From Anaerolineae bacterium (lineage in GTDB: Bacteria > Chloroflexota > Anaerolineae > Aggregatilineales > J027), in the NCBI GenBank assembly GCA_019913005.1, contig JAIOHL010000105.1, positions 11,177 through 75,176 of the forward strand: 64,000 nucleotides of DNA. The letters are read 5' to 3'. Shown here piece by piece: positions 54,568 through 63,749 of the stretch. Position 1 is the first letter of the stretch. Every line of letters starts with the position of its first letter. The notes beneath the pieces were generated by a model. The model searched no databases and was not told the DNA's origin. It worked only from the letters and a program-made list of their open reading frames with translations. The position numbers and the translations under genes are program-made.

Positions 54568-57234
54568 ATGTTACCCAAACGATGGTTGATAATCGCCGTC
54601 CTTGTCCTAATTAGCCTCGTCGAAGGCCTAAGCGTCACCTTCTTACTCACCGACAGTTCGTCCGCCGCGCCCCATCGTCAAGGAATGATTACCCTTGTCG
54701 GTAAACTCGGCGTTTTGCATCACGACCCCGGCCCGGGTTCCGATCTTGCTTACCACTACGATGTCACCCTAGTGGATCAGACCGGGAATGTCACACCTCT
54801 ACTCCTCGATATTTCCACCGCCTCTCGCCTGCAAGACAAAACCGTGAAGGTCAGTGGGTATGAGGTCGAAGGTGGCGGAGCAGGTGCGGATGGGGATAGC
54901 CCAGCGATCAAGGTGGGGACGATTAGCATTGTTGAAGAAGGCGACACCCAAGCGCAGTCGGCCCGTATCGGTGGCAGTTATCCATTTGTCAATATTCTGT
55001 GTCGTGTTTCCAATGGCAGTGCCTCCAACGAACAGCCGATTTCCTATTTTACGGGTCTGTTCAGTGCTTCCTACCCCGGCATCAACCACTATTGGCAGCA
55101 AATGTCGGGTGGCTTGTTTAATGTCACCGGATCAGCGACATTTGGTTGGTTTAACCTTTCGGGCACTTCTTCAACGTATAATCTTACAACCAGTGCCGGA
55201 CGCCAAGCCCTCTATAATGAATGTACGGGCCTTGCCGATGCTCAAGTCAATTTTGCCAACTATTCCGGTGTCAACCTGATTATCAATCACTCCATGCAAA
55301 ACGTGGCCTATGGCGGCTATGGCGGCTATCCCCTCAATCGAGATGGGGTGTCATGGTATCGTTATACATGGCTGCCCAATTGGGCGTGGCAAAACGAATC
55401 GCCGTTTGTGCATGAAATGGGTCATGCAATTGGAATGCCACATTCATCCGGTGCGTATGGTGCGTCTTATGATTCGCAGTGGGATGTCATGAGCGACACT
55501 TGGGGCAGTTGTGGACGACCCGGCGCGGATGATCTAACCTATGGTTGTTTGCCACAGGGGACGAACTCGTTCCACCTTGATACCTTATTGGGTTGGATTC
55601 CCGGAGCCTCCAAAGTGACCGTCAGCCCCGGTCAAAGCCAAACTGTCACACTCGAACGGCTTAATCAACCCTACACAACCGGCTATCGTATGGTGCAGGT
55701 GCCCTTTTATGGCGTATCCAATCGTTTTTATGTAGTCGAAGTCCGCCGTACCACCAGCACTCCGCCCCCCTCTCAATATTACGATGCCATCCTGCCCGGT
55801 AACGCCGTGATCCTGCACGATGTTTTGAATAACGGCAGCCGCAGCCAACCTGCCCAAGTCGTGGATGTTGACAATAACAGCAACCCCAACGACGCAGCAG
55901 CCCAATGGACACCCGGCGAAGTTTTCACCGATAACACCAATGGCATCACCATGCGTGTCCTATCCCAAACCAACACGGGTTATACCGTGCAGGTCAGCAA
56001 TGTCTATGGCGATACATTGGCCCGCTTTAACAACACCAATGGCAATGTCAGTCTTGTCAACTCCTTGCTAGACAACCCCAGTTCCTATACCAACTTTCCG
56101 GGGGGTGCGCCTGTCACAGGTCAGTGGGTCATGGGTGACTGGAATGGCGACGGTCTCAAAACGCCCGGTCTCTATGGGTCAAATGGGGTGTTCTATTTTA
56201 CCAACAGCAACGCCACCACCGGCACTTGGGGGGGCATCTGGGTCGGCTTATTTGGTCGGCCCGCTGTTGCAGGTCGTTTTACCGGCGCTGCTAACGATTG
56301 TCTCGGCGTCGTGGACAGCGGCTATTATGCAGGCTACGGGACTGCCTTCGCCCTTTATTTCACCTGCAATTTCACCAGCGGGCCTACTCCACCCCTGACC
56401 TTCCAATGGTTAAGTGTGGTGCTTGGTGATGCTGCGGGTTTTGGTGGATTGGGAGCACATCAATTTGCGACCGGGGATTTCAACGGCGATGGAATAGACA
56501 CCATTGCGGTGCGGCGCGGCCCGTATGTTGCTTTTACCAATGTCGCACCTACCACCCTTGAAGCAGCGTTCAATCTCGCGCAGTATTTTGGCACACCCAG
56601 TACCAATGACTATGGCATTTTCCTATCCGGCGACTGGAACAATGACGCGATTGACAGTTTCGGCGTTTATTACAGCAATGGATATTTTTACCGTCGCAAT
56701 GATGTCCAATGGAATACGGGCCAATACAGTCTGCAACGGGTTTCAACCTCCATCGGCACCTCATCCTTAAGTGTTACCTCTTGGCGATCCGGTGGCGCAG
56801 GAAGTGGCAGCGGTCAAACCGACATCCCCCCATCCCAAACATCGACCACTAGCACTGTCGAATCGAATGATCCAATTGTCCGCCAAGACGGGTTATGGCA
56901 GTTGGTGAATTCGCCTGAATCAAGCGGCGGGGGATATTTAGTGACCGCTTCGGCGGAACAGAGCCTTGAATACAGTTTCAATGGCAGTTCAGTGGAGGTC
57001 ATCTACGCCCACGTGGGAGCACCCGCCTCATTCACCATTTTGGTTGATGATGTCGCCGTCCGTACCATCATTCTCCCAGATTCCACCACTGCTTATCGCC
57101 AAAGCAGCCTCATCAATTATTTGGAACCCGGTGAGCACACACTCCGCATTGTATCACTGAGTGGGTCAGTAGCGATTGACGCTTTCAGCATTGGCACAGA
57201 CGTAAATGCTAATGAGGGACAAACAACTCCCTGA
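54568..57234 (+). CDS. Secreted zinc metalloprotease (HExxHxxGxxH, metzincin-type motif) with the shared FG-GAP-like module and a C-terminal jelly-roll-like domain
   Basis: It has a signal or anchor peptide. The zinc motif is HEMGHAIGMPH, with a downstream Met (WDVMSD) that could be a Met-turn. The shared module occupies residues 481-740, followed by a GSG/ST linker and a roughly 115-aa domain homologous to the N-domain of the S8 protein. Confidence 0.75.
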   Translation: MLPKRWLIIAVLVLISLVEGLSVTFLLTDSSSAAPHRQGMITLVGKLGVLHHDPGPGSDLAYHYDVTLVDQTGNVTPLLLDISTASRLQDKTVKVSGYEVEGGGAGADGDSPAIKVGTISIVEEGDTQAQSARIGGSYPFVNILCRVSNGSASNEQPISYFTGLFSASYPGINHYWQQMSGGLFNVTGSATFGWFNLSGTSSTYNLTTSAGRQALYNECTGLADAQVNFANYSGVNLIINHSMQNVAYGGYGGYPLNRDGVSWYRYTWLPNWAWQNESPFVHEMGHAIGMPHSSGAYGASYDSQWDVMSDTWGSCGRPGADDLTYGCLPQGTNSFHLDTLLGWIPGASKVTVSPGQSQTVTLERLNQPYTTGYRMVQVPFYGVSNRFYVVEVRRTTSTPPPSQYYDAILPGNAVILHDVLNNGSRSQPAQVVDVDNNSNPNDAAAQWTPGEVFTDNTNGITMRVLSQTNTGYTVQVSNVYGDTLARFNNTNGNVSLVNSLLDNPSSYTNFPGGAPVTGQWVMGDWNGDGLKTPGLYGSNGVFYFTNSNATTGTWGGIWVGLFGRPAVAGRFTGAANDCLGVVDSGYYAGYGTAFALYFTCNFTSGPTPPLTFQWLSVVLGDAAGFGGLGAHQFATGDFNGDGIDTIAVRRGPYVAFTNVAPTTLEAAFNLAQYFGTPSTNDYGIFLSGDWNNDAIDSFGVYYSNGYFYRRNDVQWNTGQYSLQRVSTSIGTSSLSVTSWRSGGAGSGSGQTDIPPSQTSTTSTVESNDPIVRQDGLWQLVNSPESSGGGYLVTASAEQSLEYSFNGSSVEVIYAHVGAPASFTILVDDVAVRTIILPDSTTAYRQSSLINYLEPGEHTLRIVSLSGSVAIDAFSIGTDVNANEGQTTP
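56008..56787 (+). repeat. Shared roughly 260-aa module, copy B
   Basis: GQWVMGDWNGDGLKTPGLY...NDCLGVVDSG...YFTCN...PPLTFQWLSVVL...GDFNGDGIDTIAVRRGPYVAFTN...GDWNNDAIDSFGVYY...SWR. Confidence 0.9.
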
Positions 57235-57270
57235 CAGACTCTAACAATTTCAATTTGCTAACTTTCTACA

Positions 57271-57316
57271 GATTCCAGTGATTTTTGATTTACAATTAAG
57301 AAGAGTTACTGGAATC
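57271..57316. other. 9-bp perfect inverted repeat in the AT-rich spacer (terminator or operator candidate)
   Basis: GATTCCAGT (57271-79), 28 nt, ACTGGAATC (57308-16). It lies between the metalloprotease stop and the PD40 gene start. Confidence 0.4.
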
Positions 57317-57441
57317 TATTCTACCATTTAGAAAATATGCGGATTGGGCCAATTTAAGGCATAAACTGGATTTATGACAATCTCTCAATAAAATTAACAT
57401 AACATTGAGACCCTAGTTGTTGGGTGATCGGAAAGATAAGC

Positions 57442-59943
57442 ATGAGAAATAAGTCTCTCCTCAGAAAAAGATGGTTTACCCTCCTCATCCTCGGCTGGAT
57501 GGTGGTGATTGGCGTCTTGCCAGAACACGCCCCCCCCGTCGCGCTTGCTCAAGGGTGTGCAACGGGTGCCATGTATCGTGTATCTATCAGCGACAATGGC
57601 ACCAATGTCGGCAATGGTAATTCTGACCCAGCCCGTATTTCAAGTGATGGGCGATTTATCGTATTCGCCTCAGACTCGGACAACTTGGTGGCAAACGATA
57701 CCAATGGTGTCACCGATATTTTTGTACACGACCAGTTGAATTGCACGACTAGACGCATTTCATTATCGAGTGCAGGAGTACAGGCCACTGGGGGCCCCTC
57801 AACCAATCCGCAAATCTCGAACGACGGGCGCTATGTTGTCTACCAATCATTAGCCAACAACCTCGTGTCGGGGGACTCTAATGATGCGGAAGACATTTTC
57901 TTGCGTGACCGCGCAACCAACACCACCACTCGTGTTTCGGTCACCAGTGGAGGTGTACAAGGCGGGCTGAATCTCCATTCATTTAATCCGGTCATTTCTG
58001 GCGACGGACGTTTTGTGGCCTTTGAATCCGGGGCCAATTTCGTCGGCGGCACAGATGCAAATGGTGGGCTGTCCGACATCTATCTACGTGACCTCAGTGC
58101 AGGTACCACCACCCTCCTCTCGGTCAGCACTGCCGGACAGCAAGGGAATAATGAGTCACGCGAACCCTCCATTTCTGGGGATGGAAGCGTGGTAGCATAT
58201 ATGTCGTTCTCGTCCAACCTTGTCGCTGGCGATACCTTAGACCCAGATATTTTCGTCCGCGATCTCATCAACAATACGACGACCCTTGCCTCGGTTACGT
58301 CAAATGGTGCCCAAGTGCCTGACAACTTTGCCGAAGCGGGGCCAGAAATTTCAGCAGATGGGCGTTTTGTGGTTTTTGTTTCAACCGCCTCGTTTGACCC
58401 GATAGATGACAATGGCATCAACGATATTTATGTACGTGACCGTGTGACAAGCATCACTGAATTGGTTTCGTTGGCTTTTAACGGTACCAGCGCGTCTGAT
58501 GGGGAATCGTCGAACCCATCAATCTCAACCGATGGTACCCTCGTTACTTTTGAGTCGCACGCCACGAACCTGACCAACAACGATACCGAAAATCAACTGG
58601 ATATTTTTCTGCGCAATCGCACGACAGACGCAACCTCGCGCATTTCACAAAACACTACTGGCGCAGGCGGCACCCTCCCCTCATTCCGAGCAAGCATTTC
58701 AACCGATGGGCGTTACATTGCGTTCACGTCGGATGCCGACAATTTACTTGGAACAGGTGGTGACCTGAACTCCCGTACTGACGTCTTCATTTTCGACCGT
58801 TCACCAGGGTCTGGTGCATTCTTTGCCCCCGCAAACCTAGTCGTGACGCCCGTTTCGCGCAGCCAAATCAACCTCGTATGGGTTGACAATGCCACCAATG
58901 AAACCGGCTTTAGCATTGAACGTTCCGAAAATGGCGTAGATGGCTGGCAAATTATTCACGCGACTGCCCCCAACACCGCCACCTATGCAAGCGCTGGTTT
59001 GATATGCAGTGCCCGCTTCTACTACCGAGTACGTGGTTTTGTAGATGGTGATGGTATCCCTCCCTATGATACGGTCTCGGCCTATACCAATCCAGCCAAT
59101 GCCAGTACCTTCTCCTGCGCAGACGACAAATTAGCCGTTTTCCAATACCAAGCGGGTCAAGCCAGTCAATGGCTAAACTTCAACAGCCCCGCGACAACCT
59201 TTGATCGCAGTACCTTCACCATGGGCGCTCCGGCGGCTACCATAGGCGGCGCGTGGGTCATGGGTGACTGGAACACAGACTCGGTCAAGACTCCCGGCGT
59301 CATGGCGACCAATGGTATTTTCTACTATACCAACACCAGTGGGCCGTCCTCACAGTGGCTTGGGATATGGATTGGTTTTCAAGGCGGTGGGCGACCTGTT
59401 GTCGCGGGCCGCTTCGACTTCCGCAGCATGAATGATTGTATCGGCGTTGTAGACAGTGGCCCCTTCCCGCCTTGGGGCACGGCCTTCGCGCTCTACTACT
59501 CCTGCGACCTCACCAACGGGACGGCACCGCCACTGGGCGTGCAGTGGTTAAGCACGATGCTGCCCGATAATCAAGGGTTTACAGGCACCCATCAATTCTG
59601 CGCAGGCAACTTTAACAATGACCGCATTGATTCGGTAGCCATTCGGCGCGGCGCGTTTGTCGCATTCACAGACCGTGCCCCCTATCCGCCTGAACCCGGT
59701 CTCTCGATCAGTTACTCGGCCTTCGATCGCGCCCAATATCTTGGCACACCCGAAGCCCCTGAAGGTTTGTTTACCTGCGGCGACTGGAACCACAATTTAC
59801 AAGATAGTTTCGGCCTCTATTATGCGGGCACTGGTAACTTCTGGTACCGCCAAGACCTCGACTGGAATTCTGGCCTATGGACAACCCAACAAGCGGGTAA
59901 TCCACTGGGCACAACCCTGATTGCCGCAGGCTCGTGGCGCTAA
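57442..59943 (+). CDS. Secreted 7-bladed PD40/TolB-like beta-propeller, fibronectin-III-like domain and shared FG-GAP-like module
   Basis: ATG 57442 gives a signal peptide. There are seven repeats of IS.DGR.V.F.S.A.NLV..D.N...DIF.RD. An Fn3-like stretch follows (PANLVVTPVSRSQINLVWVDNATNETGFSIERS). The C-terminal 273 aa is the shared module. Confidence 0.82.
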   Translation: MRNKSLLRKRWFTLLILGWMVVIGVLPEHAPPVALAQGCATGAMYRVSISDNGTNVGNGNSDPARISSDGRFIVFASDSDNLVANDTNGVTDIFVHDQLNCTTRRISLSSAGVQATGGPSTNPQISNDGRYVVYQSLANNLVSGDSNDAEDIFLRDRATNTTTRVSVTSGGVQGGLNLHSFNPVISGDGRFVAFESGANFVGGTDANGGLSDIYLRDLSAGTTTLLSVSTAGQQGNNESREPSISGDGSVVAYMSFSSNLVAGDTLDPDIFVRDLINNTTTLASVTSNGAQVPDNFAEAGPEISADGRFVVFVSTASFDPIDDNGINDIYVRDRVTSITELVSLAFNGTSASDGESSNPSISTDGTLVTFESHATNLTNNDTENQLDIFLRNRTTDATSRISQNTTGAGGTLPSFRASISTDGRYIAFTSDADNLLGTGGDLNSRTDVFIFDRSPGSGAFFAPANLVVTPVSRSQINLVWVDNATNETGFSIERSENGVDGWQIIHATAPNTATYASAGLICSARFYYRVRGFVDGDGIPPYDTVSAYTNPANASTFSCADDKLAVFQYQAGQASQWLNFNSPATTFDRSTFTMGAPAATIGGAWVMGDWNTDSVKTPGVMATNGIFYYTNTSGPSSQWLGIWIGFQGGGRPVVAGRFDFRSMNDCIGVVDSGPFPPWGTAFALYYSCDLTNGTAPPLGVQWLSTMLPDNQGFTGTHQFCAGNFNNDRIDSVAIRRGAFVAFTDRAPYPPEPGLSISYSAFDRAQYLGTPEAPEGLFTCGDWNHNLQDSFGLYYAGTGNFWYRQDLDWNSGLWTTQQAGNPLGTTLIAAGSWR
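59122..59940 (+). repeat. Shared roughly 260-aa module, copy C (more diverged)
   Basis: GAWVMGDWNTDSVKTPGVM...NDCIGVVDSG...YYSCD...PPLGVQWLSTML...GNFNNDRIDSVAIRRGAFVAFTD...GDWNHNLQDSFGLYY...SWR, then the stop. Confidence 0.85.
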
Positions 59944-59968
59944 TCGTCCAACCCGCTGTAACCACTCT

Positions 59969-59996
59969 GGGCAGGTGCTTCAACCTGCCCTTTTTT
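59969..59996 (+). terminator. Rho-independent terminator after the three-gene secreted-protein block
   Basis: GGGCAGG, 8-nt loop, CCTGCCC, then TTTTTT. Confidence 0.8.
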
Positions 59997-60118
59997 ATGT
60001 CTAGTAACTTTTGCCAATAACGCAGAAAGGGATTGAGCAACCTCTAAAATTAGGTTAAGATGAACGGCTGAATTTGATTGGAGCCATACTTCTTGGAGTA
60101 GTCATTTTAAATATACTT

Positions 60119-62920
60119 ATGACCAATACAATTCCACCCAACGCGACCATCGCCTGCACCATCATCTCAAAAAATTATCTTGCGGCGGCCCGCACATTGG
60201 TGAATTCGCTACGGCAGTTCCATGACAACATTTATCCTGTGGTGTTGTTGGTGGATATTATTGATGGCGATTTTGACCCTGCTGCCGAGAATTTCCAGAC
60301 GATGTTGGCGCAAGATTTGGGCATCCCACGCTGGTCTCATTTCGCCATGAAGTATGACATCATGGAACTCAATACAGCGGTCAAACCCTATCTATTGGAA
60401 GTCCTTTTTGACCGTTTTGAAGCCCAAAAAGTCATCTATTTCGACCCTGACATCGTGATTTATCATCAATTAGATGAACTTCTTAGTCTGTTAGATGAGC
60501 ATGGGGTCGTATTGACACCTCATTTGCTTGACCCGCTCGATGATGACTTTTCCCCATCCGAACTCAACATTTTGCAGGCCGGAACATTCAATCTTGGTTT
60601 CATCGCCCTTGCCCGCAAATATCAATGGCGCGAACTACTCCAATGGTGGCAAAAACGTCTCTATAACAATTGCACCCGTGAAATTGACAAAGGCATGTTT
60701 GTAGATCAGCATTGGGCCGATCTGATGCCAAGTCTTTATGACGGGGTCTATATTTTACGCAACCCCGGCTACAACCTTGCCTATTGGAATTTCAAGACAC
60801 GCGATTTACAACATGGCCCTGACGGATATTACGTAGATAGTCCCGAAAATCCTCTTATCTTTTTCCATTTCAGCGGCTTTTCGGTGGACAACCTCGATGC
60901 GGTTTCCAAACATCAAGATCGTTTTGTAATGTCCCAACTCAACACAGCCTATCACCAAATTTTTGCTGACTATCGCCAGCGCCTGCTTGATAATGATTAT
61001 CACAATACGCGCAAACTGCCCTATTTTTACGGCAAATTTAGCGATGGGGTTCCAATCCCGGATATTTTGCGAATCTGTTTGCGGATGCAGGACATTGATG
61101 GTCAACGTTGGCCCGACCCTTACGATATTGAGTCACCCCAAAACTTCCGTGAATGGGCCACCTCACCGACACCCAACGGCTATGTGTCGCCCTATCTTCT
61201 GACCCTGCGTGAGGTCGCAACCTATCTTAAAGAAGCCTTCCCTAGCCTCTCAGAAATCAACGAGATCGCCTACGCCAATTGGTTTGTAATGAATGAAAGC
61301 ACCGAGGCGATTTTCCACCCCTTCTATCGTGCACCGATCAAAGCCGCTCTCAAAAAAGTGAAGCGGGCCGAGCAATTCAGCATTTCAGAAACTGTGATCG
61401 AGGCCAACAACGGACGCCATATCCTATCAACCGGTATCCTTTCGCCGCACCTTGCCCCGTCTGGCATGGGAGGGCGCTGGACACAAACTGTGCGCTACTA
61501 TCGCCGTTTCCCCGCCAGCGTAAAACCATTTCTACCGCCAAATCTTCTGGATGCCCCGCCTGCTATCTATACCGGGCCGGGTGGGTTCTATGGGACAATT
61601 CGCCGCCAGCTTTTGCAGATGGGGGTACTCAATCAGGTGCGCCGCATGGTCGGCCTGCGTCTCATCATGACGGCTCGTTTTTATGCCCAATTCCCGCGCA
61701 TGAACACCATTGCCAGCGGTTTCCAATATCCGAATAAGCCACCACTCCAACCTGCCTCTCCGCATCTCTTAGCACCAAGCAGCAAACCGCCGGACGACCT
61801 TGAAATCAAAGAGGGCACCAATATTGTTGGTTTTATTCGCTCCGAAACAGGCATTGGTCAAATCGCCCGCAATCTCATGAAATCTCTTGAAGCGGTGAAT
61901 TTTCCAATCGCGGCTTTGCCCGTCGAAGCCTATGATCCAGCCCGCAAAGAAGATTTCACGGCTGATCAATATCACCAAGGCACCCCCTACACTGTCAACG
62001 TGTTCCAAGTTAATGCCGACATGACCTTCCCTGTCCGCGATGTTCTCCCCCAGCATGTCTATGAAAGGCATTACAACATTGGCTATTGGGCGTGGGAACT
62101 CGATCATTTTCCAGACGATTGGCAGCATTGTTTTGATGTGTATAACGAAATTTGGGTATTTAGCGGCTTTGTGCAGCGAGCCATTGCCAAAAGTGCGCCT
62201 GTGCCCGTTGTACTCATGCCTGTCTCGTTTCCAATCGAACTGCCTAAAGTAATCAGTCGAGCCAAATTCGGCCTACCTGAAGATGCCTTTCTCGCGCTGT
62301 TCGTTTTTAATGCCGACAGCATCATCGAGCGCAAAAATCCTTGGGCCACTATCCGCGCCTTTGCCGAAGCCTTCACCCCTGAAGAACGCAAAGAAAAAGC
62401 CCGTCTGGTCATCAAGGTCAATCGCATTGGAAACTTCCCGGCAGAGGCCGCCCGCCTACGGGAAGAGCTAAGTCAGGTCAATGGAATTTTGCTAGAAGAT
62501 TATCTCTCGCGTGAAGACACCTATGCCCTTATCAAAACCTGCGATGTCTATATCTCCCTCCATCGTTCCGAAGGGTATGGCATGACATTGGCCGAGGCCA
62601 TGACAATGGGGCGTCCCGTCATCGGTACGGCCTATTCCGGCAATATGGACTTTATGAACATCAACACGAGCTACCTGATCCCATACGACCTTGTGACGAT
62701 TACCGAAAATTATCATCCCTATCGTGCCGGGAATGTGTGGGCAGAACCCGATATTCATGCCGCTGCCAGAGCACTGCGCGAAGTCTATGAACATCCTGAA
62801 ATCGCGGCGGAAAAAGGCCGTGCGGCGGCTGAATACATGCGGCGGTTTCACAACCCACAGGTGGTCGGCGAAGCTACCGCCAATCGCATCCGTTATATTC
62901 TGAAGAGGCTTTCAAAATGA
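60119..62920 (+). CDS. Large fused glycosyltransferase: N-terminal GT-A-like region plus C-terminal GT4 (GT-B) domain
   Basis: I chose the start at ATG 60119. The N-terminus has ACTIISKNYLAAARTLVNSL and a DxD-like motif, YFDPDIVIY. The C-terminus has the Ex7E motif (SEGYGMTLAEAM) followed by GRPVIGT. Confidence 0.75.
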   Translation: MTNTIPPNATIACTIISKNYLAAARTLVNSLRQFHDNIYPVVLLVDIIDGDFDPAAENFQTMLAQDLGIPRWSHFAMKYDIMELNTAVKPYLLEVLFDRFEAQKVIYFDPDIVIYHQLDELLSLLDEHGVVLTPHLLDPLDDDFSPSELNILQAGTFNLGFIALARKYQWRELLQWWQKRLYNNCTREIDKGMFVDQHWADLMPSLYDGVYILRNPGYNLAYWNFKTRDLQHGPDGYYVDSPENPLIFFHFSGFSVDNLDAVSKHQDRFVMSQLNTAYHQIFADYRQRLLDNDYHNTRKLPYFYGKFSDGVPIPDILRICLRMQDIDGQRWPDPYDIESPQNFREWATSPTPNGYVSPYLLTLREVATYLKEAFPSLSEINEIAYANWFVMNESTEAIFHPFYRAPIKAALKKVKRAEQFSISETVIEANNGRHILSTGILSPHLAPSGMGGRWTQTVRYYRRFPASVKPFLPPNLLDAPPAIYTGPGGFYGTIRRQLLQMGVLNQVRRMVGLRLIMTARFYAQFPRMNTIASGFQYPNKPPLQPASPHLLAPSSKPPDDLEIKEGTNIVGFIRSETGIGQIARNLMKSLEAVNFPIAALPVEAYDPARKEDFTADQYHQGTPYTVNVFQVNADMTFPVRDVLPQHVYERHYNIGYWAWELDHFPDDWQHCFDVYNEIWVFSGFVQRAIAKSAPVPVVLMPVSFPIELPKVISRAKFGLPEDAFLALFVFNADSIIERKNPWATIRAFAEAFTPEERKEKARLVIKVNRIGNFPAEAARLREELSQVNGILLEDYLSREDTYALIKTCDVYISLHRSEGYGMTLAEAMTMGRPVIGTAYSGNMDFMNINTSYLIPYDLVTITENYHPYRAGNVWAEPDIHAAARALREVYEHPEIAAEKGRAAAEYMRRFHNPQVVGEATANRIRYILKRLSK

Positions 62921-63711
62921 CCAAAGCGCCCATTTCTGCGCCTATCACTGATAAGAACCAAATCAAATCCATGATTGAGGGATTCAGCCCTTGGTATCAT
63001 CGCATTAAGCTACCCGGCAATATCATCACGCCCGGTCTGAACAATTCGGACGAGATGCTCTCGCATTTAGATATGTTGGGTCTGCCCCGCAATGCCAAAG
63101 GGATGCGTGTTTTGGATATTGGATGTCGGGACGGCTATTTTATGTTCGAACTGGAACGACGCGGCGCTGAGGTCGTTGGGATTGACTATGCCCTCCCCAC
63201 CACCACTGGCTACTCGATTGTCAGCAAAATCCTCGGCAGCAAAACGACCTTTATGGTCGAAAACGTCTATGATCTATCTCCCGAAAAACTTGGGCGATTT
63301 GACCTGATCCTGTTTCTAGGGGTGCTCTATCACCTGCGTCATCCCATGTTGGCGCTCGACAAAATTCGATCTGTTTCCCGACCGGGGGCATTATTATTTA
63401 CCGAAACCCACTTGATTGATAACTATTTCCAACTCAAAGACGGCTCTTTCCTCCCAATGGGCAAGCTCTCGATGAGCCTGATTGATACACCCTTGATGCA
63501 ATATTATCCACAGGACAGCTTGGGGGGAGATGCCACCAACAAATTCGCCCCCAATATGAGCGCTCTACGGGCCATGACTCATGATGCCGAATTTGAGGTC
63601 TTGGCAGACTACGTGGTCGGCTCACGCGGGTATGTCAAAGCACGTGCAATTGAGGATTATAGTATCAGTCGCTTCCGTCGGATGGATGGGTCAACGGAAT
63701 CAAATCGCTAG
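62917..63711 (+). CDS. Class I SAM-dependent methyltransferase (DUF1698/CmoB-like architecture)
   Basis: WYHRIKLPGNIITPG is present. Motif I is MRVLDIGCRDGYF. Further blocks are DLILFLGVLYHLRHP. It overlaps the upstream GT by 4 nt (ATGA). Confidence 0.8.
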   Translation: MTKAPISAPITDKNQIKSMIEGFSPWYHRIKLPGNIITPGLNNSDEMLSHLDMLGLPRNAKGMRVLDIGCRDGYFMFELERRGAEVVGIDYALPTTTGYSIVSKILGSKTTFMVENVYDLSPEKLGRFDLILFLGVLYHLRHPMLALDKIRSVSRPGALLFTETHLIDNYFQLKDGSFLPMGKLSMSLIDTPLMQYYPQDSLGGDATNKFAPNMSALRAMTHDAEFEVLADYVVGSRGYVKARAIEDYSISRFRRMDGSTESNR

Positions 63712-63749
63712 AGTCCGCAAAATCATCCTGTGTACTCAGAAAGCCACAC

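Noticed and set aside
51287-59943. The three-fold recurring roughly 800-nt segments, considered as a CRISPR-like or IS-derived repeat
   Set aside because: The repeats are in-frame protein-coding modules with amino-acid-level conservation exceeding nucleotide conservation. There are no short direct repeats with spacers and no terminal inverted repeats. No CRISPR array or mobile element is present anywhere in the window.
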